Shown: one piece after another, positions 57,430 through 64,000 of the stretch
Layout of the letters: the number at the start of each line of letters is the position of its first letter
How positions within the stretch are numbered: position 1 is the stretch's first letter
Source of the DNA: a virus
Taxonomy: Duplodnaviria > Caudoviricetes
Direction: 5' to 3' (one strand)
Virus record (IMG/VR): IMGVR_UViG_2513237266_000002
Coordinates: 1 to 64,000 of that record
DNA length: 64,000 nt
Position numbers and translations under genes: made by a program
The notes under the pieces: generated by a model
Told to the model about the DNA's origin: nothing
Databases searched by the model: none
The model's input: only the letters and a program-made list of their open reading frames with translations

Positions 57430-58262
57430 AACTGGAGGCATCACTAAAACACTTTAGCCCTCAGGGAATGCACATCAGCGATGACGTGAAAGGAACCTCT
57501 CCGGACCGCCTTACAGGAACAGATGTAATGGCGGCGATTGGTACCACCAGCAGCCGTGCGCGGTTTGGTCTGGCCGCCTTCTTTGGTAAGATCGGGATCA
57601 GCAAAAGCGACGAGCAGCTGGCTGTACAGGCTCTGGCACGTCATGCAATGGAATCAGCGCCCAGGAATGTACGTAAAGCAGCAGCAGGCGAGTTTGGCTG
57701 GTGCATGCTGGTGCTCGCACAATTCGCCTTTGCCGAATACTCCCGTTCAGCGGAAACCAGCGTGAAGTGTCACAGTTGCAGCGGTACCGGGCGAACTACC
57801 CGCGAGCAGATTACCCGCAAAGTTTCTTACCCATGGGGTAAAGCGCCATATTGGGCTAACCGCTCTCGTGCCGTTCGTCCGTCTGACTGGGAGCATTGGA
57901 CTGAGGTAACAGAGGTTGTACCGGCTATCTGTGATATTTGCGAAGGCAAGGGAACAATCAGCGCCCGCTGTCGGTGTGGTGGTAAAGGAGAGGTGCTCGA
58001 CCGTAAGGCCACAAGCGAGCGCGGCGTGCCGGTGTTTAAAACCTGCGAGCGCTGCAGCGGAAATGGATTTTCTGGGGTGCCGTCTACTGCAGCCTATAAA
58101 GCGATACTGAAGCGAGTCCCGGATCTGCATGTCAGAACGTGGACCCGTAACTGGAAACCGTTTCTGGAGGGGCTTGTCGACGTCTGCTATAGAGAAGAAC
58201 AAAAAGCAGACTCGGCGTTTCAGGACGCAACGAGCTTTCGTGATGATGTGAACAAAATTTAG
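57426..58262 (+). CDS. Q: Late antiterminator Q (zinc-finger type)
   Basis: MKLEASLKHFSPQG..TDVMAAIG; repeated CxxCxGxG. Confidence 0.88.
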   Translation: MKLEASLKHFSPQGMHISDDVKGTSPDRLTGTDVMAAIGTTSSRARFGLAAFFGKIGISKSDEQLAVQALARHAMESAPRNVRKAAAGEFGWCMLVLAQFAFAEYSRSAETSVKCHSCSGTGRTTREQITRKVSYPWGKAPYWANRSRAVRPSDWEHWTEVTEVVPAICDICEGKGTISARCRCGGKGEVLDRKATSERGVPVFKTCERCSGNGFSGVPSTAAYKAILKRVPDLHVRTWTRNWKPFLEGLVDVCYREEQKADSAFQDATSFRDDVNKI

Positions 58263-58345
58263 CATATTAGACACATTAAGCTTGATTTTGTCCGAACTTG
58301 TCGTGTAAGCTTCAAATCGTAGGTTATTGCGCCTGCATGAAATCA

Positions 58346-58368
58346 AACCCGCCTCCGAGCGGGTTTTT
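58346..58368 (+). terminator. tR'-like terminator after late promoter
   Basis: aacccgcctccgagcgggttttt; TTGATT-17bp-TAAGCT upstream. Confidence 0.75.
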
Positions 58369-58466
58369 GTTGATTTTAATTAATCAATAAACACCATAGT
58401 CCACGTATTGTTAATGTGTGAGCCTTACTAAAGGCATAGAAGCAAAGACTTGAATGGTGATTAGGC

Positions 58467-58691
58467 ATGAGCGTTGTAATAATCTTAGAGGGTGGCTATA
58501 GGGATTCTCCGTCGCATCTATTGGGGGTGTTTTCTTCCGTAGAAAATGCGAAGCAAAGAGCAAGAGAGATTGTTGGCCTACCCCGTAACACTTGCTACCA
58601 CGACTATTTTTCCATCTACAGGGTAATAGTGGATATTGGTGAGCCAATTCATATAGAAACCTTTGACACTGAAGAAATTTTTAAGAAATGA
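58467..58691 (+). CDS. Small moron protein
   Basis: LLGVFSSVENAKQ motif; own terminator 58697-58727. Confidence 0.65.
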   Translation: MSVVIILEGGYRDSPSHLLGVFSSVENAKQRAREIVGLPRNTCYHDYFSIYRVIVDIGEPIHIETFDTEEIFKK

Positions 58692-59112
58692 TCATCAAGC
58701 CCTGCGGTTAACACCGTGGGGCTTTTGCGTTTCTGGAGGGTAAGAAAATGCACGGGTAGAACGGACAGACCGCAGTCGAAAGGCAATGCAGCAGTCATGA
58801 TGCTGCCCCGAGTCGCGTAATGGCGAGCCTGTGTAGTGATGGGTAAGGGTTCATAGATCAAAATAAGCTCCGGTAAAGCAGCGTGAATGCCAGATGCGCA
58901 CCGGTTATCAGCGGCGATGACGCGACAGCACCTCAAGGGCATGAGCGTGACCACTCCGGGAAGTGGTAAAGAATTTATAGCCTCGCTTATGCGGGGCTTT
59001 TCTATTTCAGGCCCACGGGAATCATCCGCTACGTGCTTTGTTGATAAATCCAGCCCGTGAAGCCTGACCCTTTCATCACACAGCGCCATCCGAAAAAATC
59101 GGGGGTGAGGCT

Positions 59113-59391
59113 ATGACCAGAATGAGCACCATTTACAGCAGACTTTCATATGGATCAGGAACCACGCTTGCCGGCTGCGGTGTATCAGCGAAGGCATATG
59201 CCGAAACAGCTAAAACAGCAAAAGAGGTGTCCTGGATGTTGGCCGACAGAATTGCAGGGTTAAGCCTGAGTGACTGGGCAATTATTGTCGGTATCGCATG
59301 CACTGTTATCACTTGTGCAGTGAACTGGTACTACAGGCAAAAGGAAAGGGAGGATCGGCTTAATGGCAATGTCACCAAAGCTGAAGAATAA
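59113..59391 (+). CDS. Holin, one substitution from 17609-17887
   Basis: Sequence identity with prophage 1 holin. Confidence 0.85.
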   Translation: MTRMSTIYSRLSYGSGTTLAGCGVSAKAYAETAKTAKEVSWMLADRIAGLSLSDWAIIVGIACTVITCAVNWYYRQKEREDRLNGNVTKAEE

Positions 59392-59911
59392 ACTGAGCGC
59401 AGCGGTCGTTGGTTTGATTCTTACGGGGGCTTCCGCGTCCGTGATTCTCGATCAGTTTCTGGATGAGAAAGAGGGTAACAGCACAACAGCGTACAAGGAC
59501 GGCTCTGGTATATGGACTATTTGCCGTGGCGCTACGATGGTTGATGGCAAGCCAGTAGTTCAGGGCATGAAGCTGTCTGCTGAGAAATGCGCTCAGGTAA
59601 ACGCCATTGAGCGTGATAAGGCACTGGCGTGGGTTGACCGAAATATCAAAGTACCACTGACCGAACCACAGAGAGCGGGTATTGCGTCATTTTGTCCTTA
59701 CAACATCGGCCCCGGAAAATGTTTCCCTTCCACGTTCTATAAGCGCATTAACGCTGGTGACCGTAAAGGAGCCTGTGAAGCGATCCGCTGGTGGATAAAA
59801 GATGGTGGCCGCGACTGTCGTCTGACCAAAGGCCAGAAAAATGGGTGCTATGGGCAGGTAGAACGACGAGACCAGGAAAGCGCATTGGCGTGCTGGGGGA
59901 TAGACCAGTGA
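59363..59911 (+). CDS. SAR endolysin
   Basis: Near-identical to 17859-18407. Confidence 0.92.
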   Translation: MAMSPKLKNKLSAAVVGLILTGASASVILDQFLDEKEGNSTTAYKDGSGIWTICRGATMVDGKPVVQGMKLSAEKCAQVNAIERDKALAWVDRNIKVPLTEPQRAGIASFCPYNIGPGKCFPSTFYKRINAGDRKGACEAIRWWIKDGGRDCRLTKGQKNGCYGQVERRDQESALACWGIDQ

Positions 59912-60432
59912 ACAGAAGCCTCATTGTTGTTGGGATGGCGGCCATCACCTTCATCGCTGTGCTCTTTGTGCTACTGGCGCGCAGCAATGCAGCGCTGACC
60001 ACGTCCGAGAGTGATAACCGGGTGCTGCGCAGTGACAACGCACTACAGGCGACGGTAATAACCACTCAGGCTTTCAACTTCAACCGGTTTAACCAGATAG
60101 CCGAAAACGCCAGCCGACTTAACTCACTTATTGATGTCAGCTCCGATAGCACGGTTATCGAATATAGGGAGATTCTCCATCGTGAAAAAACCTGTGATCT
60201 GCCTGTTCCTGCTGATATCTCTGGCGGGCTGCTCAGCTACGCGAACAGTTTACGTGCCAGCGCAATGCACACCGATTCCGGGAACGCTGACACAGTCGGT
60301 GATGGCGCCATTACCACCAACGCGCTGACGTATTGCCAGGCTGTTCTCTGGATCAAGCCGCTGCTGGCCGCCATCGAAAAAGCGAATAACCAGCTGGCTG
60401 GAATTCGTGAAATTGAAAAGGGCAGGCAATGA
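59908..60432 (+). CDS. i-spanin (Rz-like) with extended C-terminus
   Basis: N-terminal TM, coiled coil; GTGA overlap with endolysin. Confidence 0.8.
   Translation: MNRSLIVVGMAAITFIAVLFVLLARSNAALTTSESDNRVLRSDNALQATVITTQAFNFNRFNQIAENASRLNSLIDVSSDSTVIEYREILHREKTCDLPVPADISGGLLSYANSLRASAMHTDSGNADTVGDGAITTNALTYCQAVLWIKPLLAAIEKANNQLAGIREIEKGRQ
60182..60328 (+). CDS. Embedded o-spanin lipoprotein, short
   Basis: Lipobox LAGC, TRTVYVP, Pro-rich; +1 frame. Confidence 0.7.
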   Translation: MKKPVICLFLLISLAGCSATRTVYVPAQCTPIPGTLTQSVMAPLPPTR

Positions 60433-60499
60433 CTATTGCCAGCATGACATTACAAAAGCCGTTCACCGAGTGGCTTTGATAATGTTTTTTGAGTGAGGA

Positions 60500-61513
60500 T
60501 TGTTCAGTATGGCTTCGATAAAAGAATCCACTGATGCCAATGGACAATCAAAATATTACGTCCACTGGAAGGATGAAAAATCCGGTCATGGACGCCGCCG
60601 CATTTTTAAGAATATTGATGATGCCGCACATCTTTTCTGGCAAAAACAGAATATCGAGCTGGATTGTCGAACCGCCAGCTGGGCCGGAATAGACCATTCC
60701 TGGACTTTCCGAAAGTTAATTCTGTTTTATCTTGGCTATCAGGCTGGCAAGATGGAAAAAAATATCATACGGCTGTCGTCATATACGAAATGCCGTCACG
60801 ATCTTCTCGCTGTAGACGGGCCGATACTGGGAAAAAATATTCTCCATATCAGCCATCGCGATATCGTTGATTCGGTTCGCACCGGCTGCCATCGCTGGAT
60901 TCGTTCGGCTTTCTTCCTGCTGGTGGAAAAACGGCTCATCACTTTTAACCCTGTTGACCGTCCCGCGCGCCGGAAGCGTCGACCCATCACCATACCGCCA
61001 TCATCATCGGTCAGAGAGCTACTGAATAACGCGCCAGTTCGCGAGCGTATCGCGTGCTGGCTCGGGATTTGTGGCCTGCGCATCGGTGAGGCTCTGGCGG
61101 TTACTTATAACGACGTGTCAGCCGACTGGATCGACATTCGGGGGCATGTTGTTGATGGCGTTATACATGAGGGGCTGAAAAGAGGCGTGGAGCGCCGGGT
61201 ACGGATGCCGCGTGAGCTTTTCGCATTGCTGGATAAAAGTAAACTCGGTACCTCTGAGCCTCTTATCTGCAACCAGTTTACCGGAGCATGCCTCGCTACC
61301 AGCTACGGCACTCAGGGGGTTCTCGTCAGAACCCTGAACGACTATGGCATTAAGCGATTCCATCATCTTCGCCACTTTGCTGTATCTCGCCTGGCAAACA
61401 AAGGCGTCGATATTCTGAAGGTTTCTCGCCTCATTGGGCATTCAAACATCAAAACTACGATGGACGTTTACGGCCACCTGTTCGGGGAAGTGGTGGAGAT
61501 GGATTTAGACTGA
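60500..61513 (+). CDS. Second tyrosine recombinase in the late operon
   Basis: GLRIGEAL, FHHLRH, LIGHSNIKTTMDVY: full R-H-R-H-Y set. Confidence 0.9.
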   Translation: MFSMASIKESTDANGQSKYYVHWKDEKSGHGRRRIFKNIDDAAHLFWQKQNIELDCRTASWAGIDHSWTFRKLILFYLGYQAGKMEKNIIRLSSYTKCRHDLLAVDGPILGKNILHISHRDIVDSVRTGCHRWIRSAFFLLVEKRLITFNPVDRPARRKRRPITIPPSSSVRELLNNAPVRERIACWLGICGLRIGEALAVTYNDVSADWIDIRGHVVDGVIHEGLKRGVERRVRMPRELFALLDKSKLGTSEPLICNQFTGACLATSYGTQGVLVRTLNDYGIKRFHHLRHFAVSRLANKGVDILKVSRLIGHSNIKTTMDVYGHLFGEVVEMDLD

Positions 61514-61757
61514 GTTATCCACATAGTGGAAATATTAGGGCGATCCACTATCTCCCCATTCTGCGCGGCCTCCGGGCATTAAATCGCAGTTTTCCCGAAA
61601 AAAAGGATATGCCGCATTTTTACCCCCTCTGATATGCCGCACTTGGCACCAGAGAGGACGCGGCCTGCAAGCCAGAATTTGCCGCGTGATACGCCGCACC
61701 CGGATCGGTAAAATCGGATTTTGAACAAAAAATAATCACATTGACTTAGGCGGAAGT

Positions 61758-62360
61758 ATGGCTCCTAAAAAAAGCTTCAGAAAAGCCTACGTCGGTATCG
61801 TTATGGACATGGCATTAGCCCGTAGCAAAATCAGCAATCGGATGGTTGCTCAGCGCTTAGGTGTGGACGAGACGACGATCCGTCGCTGGCGTAAAGAGAA
61901 TATCGAGTTTGAGCGCGCTTTCACTGAGGCTCGCGAAGCTCTCAGAGAGAAAATAAACCGCGTCGCCGGTAAGAGCCTGGACGTTCGTAAACGGAAGGTT
62001 GTCACCACATCGCCGGATGGTGTGAAAACCACGATTGAAGATGTGCTGCCCACGCACAACGATATTGCTGTTTTCTCAAAGGTGCTCGGTCTTGGCACCA
62101 GCGTCTATAGCGAGGAAGAACGTCAGCGTGATGTGCTTCGCGAGGTGATGAAACACAAGGTGGCTGGGAAATACTCCGCGCTGGAGGCGGCGCAGCTGCT
62201 TGAGGCTGAGGGGGTAAAAGTTCCGACAACCCTGCTTATGGAGCTGGGAGCACCGAAAATTTTCGAACCGTTCAACAATATGGATGAGGCAGCCAAAGCC
62301 GACGCGGCGAACCTGACCCCGCAGGAAGCAGCAGATATCTACAAAAAATACATGGGCTGA
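61758..62360 (+). CDS. terS: Terminase small subunit (HTH N-terminus)
   Basis: VAQRLGVDETTIRRW..EF; LTPQEAADIYKKYMG tail; precedes terL. Confidence 0.75.
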   Translation: MAPKKSFRKAYVGIVMDMALARSKISNRMVAQRLGVDETTIRRWRKENIEFERAFTEAREALREKINRVAGKSLDVRKRKVVTTSPDGVKTTIEDVLPTHNDIAVFSKVLGLGTSVYSEEERQRDVLREVMKHKVAGKYSALEAAQLLEAEGVKVPTTLLMELGAPKIFEPFNNMDEAAKADAANLTPQEAADIYKKYMG

Positions 62361-62558
62361 AAAATGCAAAAACAGGCGTTTCGAACTAAAAAAACGCTAT
62401 GCACTTTTTGACCCGTTTTATGCACGTTTTATTCATCCCGATTTGACCACTTTTCTGTTCGAAACAGAGCCTTCACGCCGTTTGCGTGATGGGGGCTGTT
62501 GCGCCAGTGCGGGTAACGACCATTATGTTAAATCGGGGCGTTTTTGAGGAATTTTTCT

Positions 62559-64000
62559 GTGCCGATCCCGTTCCCCTTTGATTTCCGCAAACCGGACTAT
62601 ACCGCCGTGTTTGAGTGGAGAATGGAGAGGCTGGAGCGGATCAGGAAAGCGCCTGAAATGCTTCCGGCGCTCCGTGAGTTTTACCGTACTAACCCGGCCC
62701 AGTTCATCATCGACTGGGGCATGACGACGGACCCGCGTAACCTCGATTTCGGGCTTCCCGTGTCCATACCATTCTTGCTGTTTCCGAAACAGGAAGAGTG
62801 GATAAATTGGATTATGGATCGCCGCAAGGGGCTAGAGAACGGACTGACGGAAAAGAGTCGAGAAATGGGGTTAAGCTGGACCTCTATTGGGCTGGCCTGT
62901 TCGCTTTGCCTGTTCAACAAAGAAATGGTGATCGGGTTCGGTTCCCGTAAAGAGGAATATGTCGACAGTACCGGTAGCCCGAAAGCGCTGTTCTGGAAAG
63001 CGCGTAAATTCGTTGAAATGCTACCTGTCGAATTCCGGGGAGGTTGGAACTATAAGAAACATGCACCTTACATGCGAGTGGAGTTTCCGGAGAGCGGCTC
63101 GGTAATTACTGGGGAAGCTGGCGACAATATCGGACGTGGTGACCGCACCACCCTTTATTTCGTGGATGAGGCGGCATTCCTTAAGCGTCCTCAGCTTATC
63201 GAAGCATCTCTTTCGCAAACCACACGCTGTCGTATCGACCTCTCATCGGTCAACGGCATGGCTAATCCGTTCGCCCAGAAGCGGCACAGTGGGAAAATCC
63301 CTGTGTTTACTTTCCACTGGCGCAGCGATCCGCGCAAGGATGATGAGTGGTACCGCAAAGAATGCGACAAAATCGATAACCCCGTTGTTGTGGCACAGGA
63401 GCTCGACCTGAACTACAACGCGTCTGCCGAAGGTGTGCTGATTCCAAATGAATGGGTGCAGGCTGCCGTCGACGCGCATATCAAACTGGGTATTCAGCCA
63501 ACCGGCAAACGCCTGGGCGCAATGGACGTTGCCGACGAGGGCCGGGACAAAAACTCGTTTTCTACACGTCATGGTTTCCTGCTGGAGAATGTGCGCGAAT
63601 GGTCCGGTGTGGGCAGCGATATTTACCAGTCTGTTGAGAAAGTTTTCGGCTACTGCGACAAAGACAACCTCGAAGAGTATCGCTTTGACGAAGACGGCCT
63701 CGGCGCAGGTGTTCGTGGTGATGCAAGAGCCATCAACGAGCTACGCAGCGCCGCAAGTCGGCCAATGATACTTGCCACGCCTTTTCGTGGTAGTGGTGGC
63801 GTGTTCGACCCAGAAGACGAAGCCGTACGCGGTGACAACGGGCAAAATGCCCGACTTAATAAGGATTTCTTTGCTAACGCTAAAGCACAAAGCTGGTGGC
63901 ATCTACGCAAGCTTTTCAGGAATACCTACCGCGCAGTAGTTGAGGGTATGGACTATGACCCTGACGAAATCATTTCCATCAGCAGCACGATGAAAAGCAA
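62559..64000 (+). CDS. terL: Terminase large subunit (runs off window; absent from ORF track)
   Basis: GTG start, [14 protein letters not shown]..; [10 protein letters not shown] Walker A, FVDEAAF Walker [10 protein letters not shown] nuclease motif. Confidence 0.9.
   Translation, partial: MPIPFPFDFRKPDYTAVFEWRMERLERIRKAPEMLPALREFYRTNPAQFIIDWGMTTDPRNLDFGLPVSIPFLLFPKQEEWINWIMDRRKGLENGLTEKSREMGLSWTSIGLACSLCLFNKEMVIGFGSRKEEYVDSTGSPKALFWKARKFVEMLPVEFRGGWNYKKHAPYMRVEFPESGSVITGEAGDNIGRGDRTTLYFVDEAAFLKRPQLIEASLSQTTRCRIDLSSVNGMANPFAQKRHSGKIPVFTFHWRSDPRKDDEWYRKECDKIDNPVVVAQELDLNYNASAEGVLIPNEWVQAAVDAHIKLGIQPTGKRLGAMDVADEGRDKNSFSTRHGFLLENVREWSGVGSDIYQSVEKVFGYCDKDNLEEYRFDEDGLGAGVRGDARAINELRSAASRPMILATPFRGSGGVFDPEDEAVRGDNGQNARLNKDFFANAKAQSWWHLRKLFRNTYRAVVEGMDYDPDEIISISSTMKS

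Larger units (their letters stand above)
46261..64000. mobile_element. Prophage 2 (partial): lambdoid immunity, helicase-primase replication, non-lambda terminase
   Basis: int-xis-early-cI/cro-helicase-primase-Q-lysis-recombinase-terS-terL. Confidence 0.92.

Noticed and set aside
58649-59089. 146-aa minus-strand ORF
   Set aside because: Crosses two terminators and a structured region, no recognisable protein features.

Overview
The window holds two lambdoid prophages of an enterobacterium in tandem and in the same orientation. Prophage 1 (<1 to about 46.3 kb) looks essentially complete. It has an SfV/ST64B-style early region (int, xis, exonuclease, YfdR-like, cI/cro, replication protein with iterons, Dam- and Dcm-type methyltransferases, RusA, antirepressor, Q), a holin/SAR-endolysin/spanin cassette, a lambda-type cos, the full lambda head and tail set (Nu1 to J), Cor, a side tail fibre and an SOS-boxed dinI/umuD'-like cassette. 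Prophage 2 (about 46.3 kb to >64 kb) has a related int/xis, lambda-like cI/cro, helicase-primase replication, Q, a near-identical holin/endolysin, an extra tyrosine recombinase and a different terminase that runs off the window end. The junction most likely lies at a tmRNA (ssrA) 3'-end fragment (46261-46292). A tRNA-Pro 3' fragment (44709-44753) is either a relic att or the alternative junction. The best novelty candidates are: (1) five strand-concordant GTGCAG-loop hairpins tied to ribosome-binding sites across the prophage 1 early operons; (2) a structured pL-leader RNA complementary to a conserved hairpin upstream of both holins; (3) a Cre/lox-like recombinase plus candidate site beside the prophage 2 terminase; (4) two defence-like cargo operons (13375-14929 and 46643-47760). 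All calls come from reading motifs and synteny by eye; no database searches were run.
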